DNA from: Clostridia bacterium
GTDB taxonomy: Bacteria > Bacillota > Clostridia > UMGS1840
Length of the DNA: 64,000 nucleotides
Direction of reading: 5' to 3'
Assembly (NCBI GenBank): GCA_045541975.1
Contig: JAZQKB010000026.1
Coordinates: 4,593 to 68,592, forward strand
In this document: positions 1-9,892 of the stretch, piece by piece
Position numbering within the stretch: the first letter of the stretch is position 1
Layout of the letters: each line of letters begins with the position of its first letter
Translations under genes and position numbers: made by a program
Notes under the pieces: model-generated
What the model was told of the DNA's origin: nothing
The model's database searches: none
What the model saw: the letters and a program-made list of their open reading frames with translations, nothing else

Positions 1-328
1 TAAATTTTTTTTATTCGCACAGTTTCCTAACTTTTTTAGAAAATGCCATACTATTTTATATATATAATATTACAATCCTATTACATTATACACCAACAGA
101 CAGGCACAGTAATATGAAAAATTCAGCAAAAAACCCTAAAAAAACGGCAAAAACCCTCCATTTTTTTGTTAAAAAATTATCAAAATAGATTTGTATGCAA
201 TTTTTGGAAAACTTCTTTGTGAAAAAATTTCCATTTTGGCACCAAACTGCTGGTTCGTCATACAATGAAAGTGAACCGGGGATTCTGTATGTTTCCTGAC
301 GGTTTAAAACACGACAGGAGGATTTAAT

Positions 329-1162
329 ATGTCGAAAGATTGTGCAACCGGAAGCATCCGTGATGCGGTTTGCATTCATACCGATAAGGTATACGATGCC
401 TGCAAAGATAAGGATTGCATTGTGGACGCCAGAGTATATGTGACTCCTTGCGGTCAGGAATTAATTGACCGCTCCATCAACATCAAAGTGAGAAAAGCGG
501 AAATTATTTGGGTATACACCGATGTGGAGGAAGTACCCTTTAACCGTGGATTTTACACTGTGGACTTAAAATACTTCTTCAAGGTTTACTTAGACGTGTT
601 CACCGGGGTGGGACGTCCGGTAACCGTGGAAGGATTAGCCACCTTTGATAAAAAGGTGATTCTGTTTGGTTCGGAAGGCAAGGCAAAAAGCTTTACCTCC
701 AAATTCCGTCCTAATGAAAAGGATATTCAGCTTTCTGTGAAAAATAATCTGCCGGAAGCTATTGTGGAAGTAGTGGAACCCATCGCATTGTCTGCCAAGG
801 TAGTGGAACGCCACCAGCACCACTGCTGCTGCGAAATTGACTGCACCAGTCTGCCCAGTGAAATTTGTTCCTGCTTTGATGATGAAATCATCGGGGAAGA
901 ACGGGATAAAAACGTGTATGTCACCTTAGGTCTGTTCTCCATTATCCGTCTGGAACGAAATGTTCAGCTGTTGGTGCCTGTTTACGATTTCTGTGTTCCG
1001 GATAAAGAATGTGTAGGTGCTACCGAAGATAATCCTTGTGACCTGTTTGATAACATCACTTTCCCTGTGGACGAATTTTTCCCTCCTAACGCTTGCAGTT
1101 TTGACAATAACACCTTATCCACCCCCAGAGAAACCAATCAGAGAAATTGCGGCTGCAAATAG
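329..1162 (+). CDS. cysteine-rich hypothetical protein (possible spore coat/exosporium-type structural protein)
   Basis: 277-aa ORF with aggagga RBS 6 nt before the ATG. Many Cys in clusters (DKVYDACKDKDC, HHCCCEIDC, C-terminal NCGCK). I cannot assign a family confidently. Confidence 0.5.
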   Translation: MSKDCATGSIRDAVCIHTDKVYDACKDKDCIVDARVYVTPCGQELIDRSINIKVRKAEIIWVYTDVEEVPFNRGFYTVDLKYFFKVYLDVFTGVGRPVTVEGLATFDKKVILFGSEGKAKSFTSKFRPNEKDIQLSVKNNLPEAIVEVVEPIALSAKVVERHQHHCCCEIDCTSLPSEICSCFDDEIIGEERDKNVYVTLGLFSIIRLERNVQLLVPVYDFCVPDKECVGATEDNPCDLFDNITFPVDEFFPPNACSFDNNTLSTPRETNQRNCGCK

Positions 1163-1336
1163 TCGGGAATGTGAAAAAACTTCTGAACGCAAGAAATATT
1201 CTTGCTATCAACAAACCTCACCACTTGACGTACATCCGGTACGTCTTGGGGTAACCCGAAGCTGATGCTTCGGTTCAGTTTGCTGATTAAAAGCTTTTTT
1301 CCGATTCCCAAAACGCTATTGTACCCATAGCAAAAA

Positions 1337-1367
1337 TAAAAAAAAGAGGCGTTATGCCTCTTTTTTT
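1337..1367. terminator. bidirectional rho-independent terminator between convergent genes
   Basis: gaggc-gttat-gcctc hairpin flanked by an A-run and a T-run. It overlaps the stop codon of the phosphatase gene. Confidence 0.6.
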
Positions 1368-1813
1368 ATGCCTAAATGTTTCAACAATCCATGGCAACCT
1401 GCCACCACATCCCGATAGGTCTCATCAAAGTTTCCGGTGTACCAGGGATCTGCAATGTCGCCACCTTCTGAAAAGTCCAACAGCTTCTTCACTTTTCCCA
1501 GAGAATCTGTTCCGATGATGCGGTTTAAGTTTTTAACATTCCAGGAATCCATAGGGATGATATAATCGTAGATTTCGTAGTCTTTTTTGGTTAATTGAAC
1601 GGCATGTTTTCCGGCAGTGGAAATGCCGTATTCCTGAAGTTTTTTTCTGGTGCCGGGGTGGACGGGATTTCCGATTTCTTCCCGGCTGGTAGCAGAGGAT
1701 GCAATCTGAAATTCTTCTGCTATCCCAAGTTTTCTGACCATATCTTTTAACACAAATTCTGCCATGGGACTTCTGCAGATATTTCCGTGGCAAACAAACA
1801 TAATTTTTATCAT
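1352..1813 (-). CDS. low-molecular-weight protein-tyrosine phosphatase
   Basis: N-terminal MFVCHGNICRSPMAE contains the C-X5-R-S P-loop of LMW-PTPs. The 153-aa size and the DPWY motif also fit. Confidence 0.9.
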   Translation of the reverse strand: MIKIMFVCHGNICRSPMAEFVLKDMVRKLGIAEEFQIASSATSREEIGNPVHPGTRKKLQEYGISTAGKHAVQLTKKDYEIYDYIIPMDSWNVKNLNRIIGTDSLGKVKKLLDFSEGGDIADPWYTGNFDETYRDVVAGCHGLLKHLGIKKEA

Positions 1814-1892
1814 AAAATCCTCCCAATGAACTGTAAGGTGTGTTTATTATATCACGGTATCACGAATTTTACAAGAGTTCTGGCAGAATCCA

Positions 1893-1921
1893 TTGACAAA
1901 AATAGTCGCTTGTGATAAGAT
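1893..1921 (+). promoter_or_regulatory. sigma-A-type promoter (TTGACA-17-TAAGAT with TG extension)
   Basis: TTGACA at 1893-1898, a 17-nt spacer ending in tgtga, and TAAGAT at 1916-1921. It lies about 35 nt upstream of the 1958 start. Confidence 0.5.
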
Positions 1922-1957
1922 TTTTTTAAAAATTTAACCAAAAAGCGAGGAACAGTT

Positions 1958-3610
1958 ATGAAAATTATAGACATGCATATCCACGCCTGGGGCACCAAAC
2001 CGGATCCGGATCTGCTGATTCAAAAAATGGAAGAAGCGGGAGTCTGGGGCGGTTGTGTGATGTCTTCCCAGCCTTTGGAATCCAACCCCAGAATCGGTCT
2101 TTCTTTTGAAGAAAGAATCCAGGAGGTCTTTGCCTGGCAAAAAGGATATGAAGACAGAATTTTCCCCATCATCTGGATTCATCCCAAAGAAGAAAACCTT
2201 GCCCAAAAGGTCAAGGATGCTGTAAAACGTGGCATCTGCGGATTTAAAATGATTTGCAAGGATTTTGATGTGTATTCCGAGGAAACTATGGCAATTCTTC
2301 GTACCATTGCAGAATTGAATGTTCCGGTACTGTTTCATTCAGGAATTTTGTGGGACGGAACTGATTCCTCCAAACATAACCGTCCTGTTCACTGGGAAGC
2401 TCTATCTCAAATTCCCGGACTTCGGTTTTCCTTGGGACATTGCTCCTGGCCGTGGATTGACGAATGCTTTGCAGTATACGGACAGTTTTTAAATGCCCAA
2501 AGCCACGGAAATCCTGCGGAAATGTTTTTTGATACTACCCCGGGAACACCCCTGATTTACCGAAAAGACCTGTTATATAAGCTGTTTGTGGGTGGTTACG
2601 ATACCGGCCACAACGTGATGTTCGGGTCGGATTGCTTTGCTTATGATTATAAGCCGGAGTGGACAGGAAAATGGCTGAAAACTGATGGAGAGCTGATGCG
2701 GGAATTTGGTGTCAGCCGTGAAATTTTTGAAAACTATTATTACCGCAATGTGATGCGTTTTTTAGGAAAAGGACCGCAAGTTTCTCATGATATTCCCGTT
2801 CCCGATAATGCAGGTGGTTGGAAAGCTACCAATCCTGAAGTGCCGAAAATCATTGAAAAGTGGTATCAAAAACTGTCATTCCCAAACTATTTTGACGAAG
2901 AATTTTACCGTGCACTCCGTGAAATCCCCGTTTCTGATATCCTTACTGCATCCACCTATGACGCCACCTGTCAGGACGGAAAACGGAATCTGCTGTCGAC
3001 ACTTTTTATGGCAGAAGAATATGCAAAAAACTGTCAGAAGCAAGGAATTTCTGAAGAAATTCTGTTGGATTCTCTTTCGGAGTTGGTCAATTATACTCAT
3101 ATTTTCAGCGATCTGAAAAACGAACTTGCTCTTGGTAGAATGGACTGGATTTTACGAATTTTAAAGGGCGAAATTCTAAAGTTGGGAAGATTGCAGTTTG
3201 CTTTGGAACCATCCATGGTGGATATTTTTGAAAAGGGCATCAAAAAAGGGGACACTGTGTTACGGTGCTACATCCCCGGAGGGGAAAAATTAAGCAGAGA
3301 AACAGTAGCTTCTTCCATTCAACAGGCGAAAGAATTTTTTGGAGAGTACATCATCGTGGTAACCTCCTGGTTACTGGATGATTCTTTGAAAGAATTGTTG
3401 CCGGAGGATAGCAATATTTTAACATTCCAATCCTTATTTGAAACGGTAAAACGAGAAGAGTCCGACGCCATTTTACGTTTTGTTTTCCGCTGGAATACCA
3501 ACCGGTTCAGTGTGAAACATGCATCCTCTTACAATGCTTTTTCCGAAGGAGTTAAGCAGGCAATGTTGGCAGGCAAAAAATTCTACGAAGTAACCGGTTA
3601 TTTCAAATAA
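1958..3610 (+). CDS. fusion protein: metal-dependent amidohydrolase (TIM barrel) N-domain plus acyltransferase-like C-domain
   Basis: The N-terminus MKIIDMHIHAWG has the H-x-H amidohydrolase signature, and HSG, GHCSWPW and FGSD motifs follow. The C-terminal half (about residue 290 onward) resembles the DUF5596/GNAT-like acyltransferase proteins of Clostridia. Confidence 0.65.
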   Translation: MKIIDMHIHAWGTKPDPDLLIQKMEEAGVWGGCVMSSQPLESNPRIGLSFEERIQEVFAWQKGYEDRIFPIIWIHPKEENLAQKVKDAVKRGICGFKMICKDFDVYSEETMAILRTIAELNVPVLFHSGILWDGTDSSKHNRPVHWEALSQIPGLRFSLGHCSWPWIDECFAVYGQFLNAQSHGNPAEMFFDTTPGTPLIYRKDLLYKLFVGGYDTGHNVMFGSDCFAYDYKPEWTGKWLKTDGELMREFGVSREIFENYYYRNVMRFLGKGPQVSHDIPVPDNAGGWKATNPEVPKIIEKWYQKLSFPNYFDEEFYRALREIPVSDILTASTYDATCQDGKRNLLSTLFMAEEYAKNCQKQGISEEILLDSLSELVNYTHIFSDLKNELALGRMDWILRILKGEILKLGRLQFALEPSMVDIFEKGIKKGDTVLRCYIPGGEKLSRETVASSIQQAKEFFGEYIIVVTSWLLDDSLKELLPEDSNILTFQSLFETVKREESDAILRFVFRWNTNRFSVKHASSYNAFSEGVKQAMLAGKKFYEVTGYFK

Positions 3611-3625
3611 AAAAAGGAGAGGAAA

Positions 3626-4543
3626 ATGAAGAGTTTTTATCCTTTTTATTATGGGGACTTTCAATGCATTGGCGGAGCGTGTCAGCATAACTGTTGCATC
3701 GGTTGGGAAATTGACATTGACCGGAAGACTTTCGAGAAATACCAAGGGAGTTCAGGTGTTTTAGGAGATCGCTTAGCGAAGAATATTTCCACGGAAGATA
3801 CTCCGCATTTCATCTTGCAAGAATCGGAAAGATGTCCTTTTTTAAATGAGCAAAATCTTTGCGATATTATATTGGAAAAAGGAGAAGATTTTCTCTGTCA
3901 GATTTGCACAGATCACCCCAGATTCCGTAACTTTTTTTCCGGTTGCGTTGAGGTGGGATTAGGGCTTTGCTGCGAGGAAGCGGCACGATTAATGTTATCT
4001 CAGATAAAACCTTTTACCATACCTGAAAAACCGTTGGAAATTTTAACGGAGGAGGAAGTATCTTTTTTTCGTTTCCGTAGTGATATTTTTAGAAAAATAG
4101 GGGACAGAAGTTTGCCATTATTTCAGCGAATTTCATCCCTGTGTCAGGGATACGGAATTTCTCTCCCCAAAAAAACTCATCAAGAGTGGGCAGAGATTTT
4201 TCTTTCTTTGGAGTATTTGGATGAAACATGGATCACATTCTTACAACAATTAAAGCAAGCAGATTCTGTGGGTTCCCTGTCTACCGAGTGGGATCCTCCC
4301 TTAGAACAGTTATTTAGCTATTTTATTTACCGTCATTTAGCAGGCGGCTTGGAGGACGGTCGCTATGGCGAGCGGATTTTATTCGCTCAATTGGCTGTTA
4401 CCATGATTTCTTTCTTGGCATCCATACAAACCAATCAACCACTCACCTTGGAATCTTTTTTTGAACTTTCCAGACTATATTCTTCTGAAATCGAATATAG
4501 CGAGGAAAACACCGAAGCACTTTTAACCTTACTGGAAAATTAA
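3626..4543 (+). CDS. FliB-like cysteine-cluster protein (annotated in databases as flagellin lysine-N-methylase family)
   Basis: The N-terminus YYGDFQCIGGACQHNCCIGWEIDIDRKTFEKY is the typical FliB/YkgJ-type Cys cluster. A second CPFL...C...C..H cluster follows. Confidence 0.65.
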   Translation: MKSFYPFYYGDFQCIGGACQHNCCIGWEIDIDRKTFEKYQGSSGVLGDRLAKNISTEDTPHFILQESERCPFLNEQNLCDIILEKGEDFLCQICTDHPRFRNFFSGCVEVGLGLCCEEAARLMLSQIKPFTIPEKPLEILTEEEVSFFRFRSDIFRKIGDRSLPLFQRISSLCQGYGISLPKKTHQEWAEIFLSLEYLDETWITFLQQLKQADSVGSLSTEWDPPLEQLFSYFIYRHLAGGLEDGRYGERILFAQLAVTMISFLASIQTNQPLTLESFFELSRLYSSEIEYSEENTEALLTLLEN

Positions 4544-4576
4544 AAAAAGGAGTTGTCAGCGACAACTCCTTTTTTG
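4542..4576. terminator. bidirectional rho-independent terminator
   Basis: Perfect 9-bp stem ggagttgtc/gacaactcc with loop agc, flanked by A7 and T6. Confidence 0.8.
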
Positions 4577-4585
4577 TTGTTTTAG

Positions 4586-5740
4586 TTAAATGATGGTATT
4601 TCGTTTCGTTCGTTTGGAGAGCAAAAGATTTCCCGCAAATACCAAGGCGTATATCACACTAATATAACCCAATGCCCATAGATGGTATTTTGCTCCATAA
4701 ACACCGTTTAAATAGTAGTAAATAGGTAACAGACGAAAATACCCTTCCAATTCCACAAAGTTAAAGAAAATAGGGGATAATACCAGAGATAGAATCAAAA
4801 TTCCCGGAATTATTGCACCAAATTTTCCGTATGAGGAAAAGGGGAGGGAAACCAGCAGTGAAAATCCGGTTGCAGTAACCGTTAAGAGAAGTGTTGCAAT
4901 CAGTTCATTGGCAAAGGATTCTGTCAGATTGGAAAGCGCTAACGATACCAGCATGACACTTGCGGAAAGAATCGCAGCTGCCAGACAGGTCCCCATTGCC
5001 GGAATGATTCGTTTTTGCGGAGCTAACCAGTCAAATCGTCCTTCCGAACGGTCTTTTACGGAGTACATTGCAGCAGTCAAAGTGCATAAGAGAACCATCA
5101 CTGCAAGTAATCCTCTGATGGGAGCATTCAGATAATTGATTTGAGCATTGTTTTGGCTTTCACCCACCGTTTCCACGGTCACCACTTCATCCTGTTGAGG
5201 TAATTTCAGATAAAATTCTTCGATTGTTTGTTCCGGTACGTTTTTTCCGTTCACAATATGTTCTTCTGAGAAATTGCGGTAAATATCATAGGAAAAATCA
5301 TGAAATATTGCAGAAAAAAGCATTTCGTTAACAATCTGATTTGCCATATTGGATTCTCTGCGAATCACAGTCACCACCGGTTTTCGGGAGGTATTAGCTG
5401 CATACTGATCTAAACGTTTGGAAAAATCGTTCGGAAAAATCCAGGCAACATCCGTTTTGTGGTTGGCGACCAGCTTGGTTGCTTCGTTTACGGAATCTGC
5501 CACGGTAAAGTACACCATAGAATCGTTTTCCATAAGAGAAGTTATGATGTTTTTTGCGGTGAGATCGTCACCTTCGTGACAAAGTGTCACTCGCATCAGA
5601 CCGCTGTCTTGTTGCATTGCCATATTTCCCATGGGAATCATCACGGGAATCAGACACAAAAGCACCACAAAGCTCCATTGCTTTAGCAGACGTTTCCCAA
5701 GCATATAAAACCAGTTCATACAGTATTTTAGTTTATTCAT
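4586..5740 (-). CDS. ABC-2 type transporter permease
   Basis: 384 aa with one N-terminal TM segment, a large extracytoplasmic loop and a C-terminal cluster of TM helices. It overlaps the upstream permease gene by 4 nt. Confidence 0.7.
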   Translation of the reverse strand: MNKLKYCMNWFYMLGKRLLKQWSFVVLLCLIPVMIPMGNMAMQQDSGLMRVTLCHEGDDLTAKNIITSLMENDSMVYFTVADSVNEATKLVANHKTDVAWIFPNDFSKRLDQYAANTSRKPVVTVIRRESNMANQIVNEMLFSAIFHDFSYDIYRNFSEEHIVNGKNVPEQTIEEFYLKLPQQDEVVTVETVGESQNNAQINYLNAPIRGLLAVMVLLCTLTAAMYSVKDRSEGRFDWLAPQKRIIPAMGTCLAAAILSASVMLVSLALSNLTESFANELIATLLLTVTATGFSLLVSLPFSSYGKFGAIIPGILILSLVLSPIFFNFVELEGYFRLLPIYYYLNGVYGAKYHLWALGYISVIYALVFAGNLLLSKRTKRNTII

Positions 5741-6972
5741 TGAAAATCACCTGCTATCCGATATTTTCGCCAGAGGGCAGATATGGTAAAGAAACCGCCA
5801 ATGTAGGCTAATATCCACACAAAATCGGCAAGTGCAAGCTCGTTTGACATCGTTTTTCGGATAAACGAAAAGGCCAGTCCTACCGGTAGAGATTCCATCA
5901 GATTCCGTAGGAAATCCGGGAAGAAGAAATTTGGATACAAACATCCGGACAGATATCCCAGAATCAAAAAGCAGAGAAACTGTGCCAGCAGTGCACCAAT
6001 AAAATTGGGAATCAATTCGTAGAAGGTATATTGCATCAGAGTAATCATTACAAATACAGGAATCAGGCGAATCACAAACAAAAGACAGTCAAGCACACCA
6101 ACTGATAGCAGCTCCGGAACCGGCAACTTTACAAAAGAAAGCACAATTCCGAAAATACCTGCAAAAATCAACAGCATCAAGGTGGTGATGGTAGCATAGG
6201 CACCGTATTCACAAAGCACCTGCGATGTGGGGGGAATACCTGAGATTTTTAAGAGACGGTTGTATGAAAGATTTCGGGAGGAAAACAGCCGATTGCAGGA
6301 AACACCCCAAAGCAGCAAAAATAATGTTGTAATTCCGCACACATAATAGCCACCTAAAGACAGCGAATCCGCAATACCAAGATCGTTCATCTCATACATC
6401 TCGGTACGGTTTAAGATGAAATTCATATAAGACAGCATTAAACTGTTGGTGTTATCGTGATAATCTGCATTATCATACATCAACGATAAATCCTGCATAG
6501 AATACATGCCGTTCTGGGATTCAATAACCAGCTCAGAAACAATTGTCACGATTTCTTCCGAGAACATTGCACCCAAGGTTTTCGGGCCGTTTAGAGTGAT
6601 GTATTTGGCAGGTGTGTTGATGCCAAGGTATAAATTGTTGATATAGTTTTCCGGCACCAAAATATAACCCTGAATTTGTCTCTCATCCAGAGCATTTTTG
6701 GCTTCTTCTTCCGTTAGATTCACCAGTTCCACATAAAAACGGGAGCTATCCATATTCTGTAGAGCATATAAGCCGATATCAAGATAGGAGCTTTCTAAAT
6801 CCCCCACCACACCAATGGATATTTTTTGCTGTTTTTCACCGGTTAAAGTGGATTTGAGCAAAATGCCTCCTGCCGTGGCAAGACATCCCAACACAAGTAC
6901 GGTAACCAGTAAAATGACAGGAAAAATTTTGAAAGCCCGTTTTAAGTGTAACCGAAAATATTTTTTTAGCAT
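5737..6972 (-). CDS. ABC-2 type transporter permease
   Basis: 411 aa with the same topology as its neighbour. It directly follows the ATPase gene. Confidence 0.7.
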   Translation of the reverse strand: MLKKYFRLHLKRAFKIFPVILLVTVLVLGCLATAGGILLKSTLTGEKQQKISIGVVGDLESSYLDIGLYALQNMDSSRFYVELVNLTEEEAKNALDERQIQGYILVPENYINNLYLGINTPAKYITLNGPKTLGAMFSEEIVTIVSELVIESQNGMYSMQDLSLMYDNADYHDNTNSLMLSYMNFILNRTEMYEMNDLGIADSLSLGGYYVCGITTLFLLLWGVSCNRLFSSRNLSYNRLLKISGIPPTSQVLCEYGAYATITTLMLLIFAGIFGIVLSFVKLPVPELLSVGVLDCLLFVIRLIPVFVMITLMQYTFYELIPNFIGALLAQFLCFLILGYLSGCLYPNFFFPDFLRNLMESLPVGLAFSFIRKTMSNELALADFVWILAYIGGFFTISALWRKYRIAGDFQ

Positions 6973-6974
6973 CG

Positions 6975-7637
6975 TTATAACTGACCTACCAATCGGTTGA
7001 TATTTCCGTCGTATTCAAAGGGGTTCAATACACCGTTTTTTAAAATAAACAGTTGGTCACAAAGAGGTAATTCCTGCACGTCATGAGTGGCAAGAATGAT
7101 GATTCCACCTTGCTTTTTAAACTGCTCCAGATAATTGAAAATCCTGGTTTTGCAGATTAAATCCAAGGCGGCAGAGGGTTCGTCCAGTAACAGAATTTTC
7201 GGCTTGTTGGAAACTGCACAGCCAATCGCCAATCTTTTTTTCATACCGCCGGACATCTTGTATACCGGTGTTTTTAAAAAGTCACCGATTCCAAGTATTC
7301 CCAGAACCCCTTGGGACAATTCCTTTGTAAGTTCCAGCGAATCATACCAAAGAGACAGATTATCTTTTGCAGACAGTTCTTCCAAAAGGGGAGTGTTTTG
7401 GGGCACATAGCCCACTAGACGGGAGCGTTTTTTGGCATCTTTTAGCAGATCATCTCCCTGATAGGTAAAGCTTCCGCCATCAGGTTTTAAAATGCCGGCA
7501 AGAATGCCCAGCAAAGTGGATTTTCCACTTCCGTTTCCACCTAAAATGCCAATACACTGACCTTCTTTGGCAGAAAAGGTAATATTTTTTAAGATGCAGT
7601 TTTTCTGATAATTTTTTTTGATGGATACAATCTTCAT
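6975..7637 (-). CDS. ABC transporter ATP-binding protein
   Basis: Walker A GGNGSGKST, signature MSGGMKKR, Walker B LLLDEPSAALD and an H-loop ATHD. Confidence 0.92.
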   Translation of the reverse strand: MKIVSIKKNYQKNCILKNITFSAKEGQCIGILGGNGSGKSTLLGILAGILKPDGGSFTYQGDDLLKDAKKRSRLVGYVPQNTPLLEELSAKDNLSLWYDSLELTKELSQGVLGILGIGDFLKTPVYKMSGGMKKRLAIGCAVSNKPKILLLDEPSAALDLICKTRIFNYLEQFKKQGGIIILATHDVQELPLCDQLFILKNGVLNPFEYDGNINRLVGQL

Positions 7638-7708
7638 AATAAAATCCTTTTTGATAAGAGAACTGAGAACAAAGCTGTTCTCAGTTCTTAATAGGTTTTA
7701 TGATATTG

Positions 7709-9712
7709 TTAGGGTAACTCAATAGCCGGTTCCTTTGCCACGGCCATTTCTGTTTCAAAGCCTTCCAGGTAGGTGAGGTAAAGCTCCATTAGTTCTTCTT
7801 CGGTGAAAAGTTCCAGATCTTCTTCCGGTAAGGTTAAGAGCCATGCTTCGTAATCTAAAACTTCTTCCTGTTTGGTTGCATTGTCAAATTCTGCTTCCAG
7901 TGTAGCAACCAATTCTTCGGGTAAACCAATCTTTCGCAGATTGGAGAATAACGGTTCCATATCAAATGCTGCCAGCCATTCTGCCATAGCTGTTTCATCC
8001 GGATACATCATATCAAGTGTCAGCGTATTTTCGGGAATTGCAAGATCCACGGTTTCGTTTATCTTTTCAGCTGCGGTAATATCTAAGCACAGACCGTCTT
8101 TGTAATATACGCCGATAGAAGAAGTGCCTTCCGTTTCAGAAATCATATTCCAGGACAGTTTGAATTGGAAGTCAGAAAGTTCTTCGATTCCTGCCATAGA
8201 GGCAAATTCTTCGTTTACAAACAGGGTAACGGTGCCTTGTTTATAGTCTTTGGTAATGCCTTCTGTTAAACATTCCAAAACAGTCATATTCATCACTTTT
8301 AACGCATATTTACCGGAACCGTTATGAGTGGTGCCGGACCATTCTGCATTGCCGCCGGGGAATTTTGCAGAAATCATAGCACCGGCGTTATTACTGGAGA
8401 ATACATTGTACCATTCAAAGTCTACACCTTGAATTTCCAAAGCACCGCCGGCGGGTTTTCCTTTGGCATCCACATACAACCGGTAAGTCATAACGGTTTC
8501 ATCAGAGGTGGAACCTACTTGATTCAGTTCTTCTAAGGCACCATCCATTGCTTCTTTAAAATCACTGTAGGACATACCGGTCAGAGATTCTATGTCTTCA
8601 ATGACTTGTTCTAAGTCGCTGTCATCCTTTAAAGTAGATACTAAGGCTTTGCAAAGCTGCAGGAAATCCTGTTCGCTGATTTCTGCAGTTAAAACTGTTA
8701 CTTTCTGAGAAACATCTTCCACGGTAAGAGTGGTTTCGGTTTCAGAAACAGAACCTAAATTTTTCATCACGCATTTCACATAGCGGGACAGGATTCTCTG
8801 TGTGGTTTCTTCGTCGGGGATACATTCCAGAATTTCTGTCATTATTGCATATGTATCCTGCATTTGCTGTATGCTGTAATCATCCATAGCAGCAACCAGT
8901 TTCAGGTAGGTGGGGTTATAATCGGGGAAACCGAAATAGTAAGTCAAGTTGTCATAGTTCATCAGGTAATCCAGCTTTAAAAGATCCACACCGTTAATTT
9001 TGTATTGCTGGTCCAGAGCGATTGTGCTGTCTTTCATATCTGCTTTCATGGTTACAGAAATGGTATCCAGCCAATCAATATACGGAGCAATATCTTCTCC
9101 GGTAAAGTCTTCCAGCATGGGAGCTAACTGGTCTCCAACAGTAATTTCCAACTCACCGGATTCGGAATAACCGTCAGTCCATTGTTTGCCGAATTTCGCA
9201 AGTGCCTCTGCAATATCACCGGTCGCATCGTCAATGTTGTTGTCCACCACGGTTGCTAAGTACTGTTCGGGAGAGGTGAATAATTTGGTCACTGCATTTT
9301 TCACATAGTCCCAATGGGCAAAGCAAATCACACCCACACCGGCAATAATCAGTGCCAGCACTGCACAGATAATTATTTTGGTGGATTTTTTCATTGGCTT
9401 TTTCGGAGCTTTTTGGGGAGCAAAAACAGGAGTCTCGGGTTCCTGAGGCTGATTGGAAGTTTCCTCAGTTACGAGGGGATTTCCGCACACTTCGCAGAAA
9501 CGGCTTCCGCTTTCGTTTGCTTTTCCGCATTTGGAACAAACTGTTCCTTTGGGAGCTTCTGCAAAAGTAACCGGTTCTTCTACCGGAGCGGATTCTATTA
9601 CAACTTCTTCGGTTGCAGGAATTTCTGTATTGGTATTTACTTCCTGTGCAACACAGATGGGACAGCTCGTCTGCCCGTCTTCCAGTTTTCTGCCGCAATT
9701 TTCACAAAACAT
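7709..9712 (-). CDS. zinc-ribbon domain membrane-anchored protein with large acidic extracytoplasmic domain
   Basis: Two CxxC...CxxC zinc-ribbon units at the N-terminus (CENCG..CPIC and CSKCG..CEVCG), then one TM helix (IIICAVLALIIAGVGVICF), then about 530 acidic residues. Confidence 0.7.
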   Translation of the reverse strand: MFCENCGRKLEDGQTSCPICVAQEVNTNTEIPATEEVVIESAPVEEPVTFAEAPKGTVCSKCGKANESGSRFCEVCGNPLVTEETSNQPQEPETPVFAPQKAPKKPMKKSTKIIICAVLALIIAGVGVICFAHWDYVKNAVTKLFTSPEQYLATVVDNNIDDATGDIAEALAKFGKQWTDGYSESGELEITVGDQLAPMLEDFTGEDIAPYIDWLDTISVTMKADMKDSTIALDQQYKINGVDLLKLDYLMNYDNLTYYFGFPDYNPTYLKLVAAMDDYSIQQMQDTYAIMTEILECIPDEETTQRILSRYVKCVMKNLGSVSETETTLTVEDVSQKVTVLTAEISEQDFLQLCKALVSTLKDDSDLEQVIEDIESLTGMSYSDFKEAMDGALEELNQVGSTSDETVMTYRLYVDAKGKPAGGALEIQGVDFEWYNVFSSNNAGAMISAKFPGGNAEWSGTTHNGSGKYALKVMNMTVLECLTEGITKDYKQGTVTLFVNEEFASMAGIEELSDFQFKLSWNMISETEGTSSIGVYYKDGLCLDITAAEKINETVDLAIPENTLTLDMMYPDETAMAEWLAAFDMEPLFSNLRKIGLPEELVATLEAEFDNATKQEEVLDYEAWLLTLPEEDLELFTEEELMELYLTYLEGFETEMAVAKEPAIELP

Positions 9713-9857
9713 ACTGATATCTCCTTTCAGAAAAAAGCAACCGCAAAGTATTGCTTTTTAATTACCTCTAGTATATTACATTGTATGTTTCTTGTCAATA
9801 AAAATATAAAAAACGGATGATCTAAAACGGTGTTTTTGATAAAACATCAGATACCTA

Positions 9858-9886
9858 TTGCTTTTTTAAAACAGGTGTGTTATAAT
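9858..9886 (+). promoter_or_regulatory. near-consensus sigma-A promoter (TTGCTT-17-TATAAT)
   Basis: TTGCTT at 9858-9863, an exact 17-nt spacer, TATAAT at 9881-9886. It would start the riboswitch leader near 9893. Confidence 0.7.
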
Positions 9887-9892
9887 AATAGA

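Noticed and set aside
86-379. 97-aa minus-strand ORF at the window start
   Set aside because: It overlaps the start and promoter region of the Cys-rich gene, and its AT-rich low-complexity sequence has no support.
9314-9820. 168-aa and 102-aa ORFs antisense to the zinc-ribbon gene
   Set aside because: Shadow ORFs within a well-supported gene, with no RBS and low-complexity composition.
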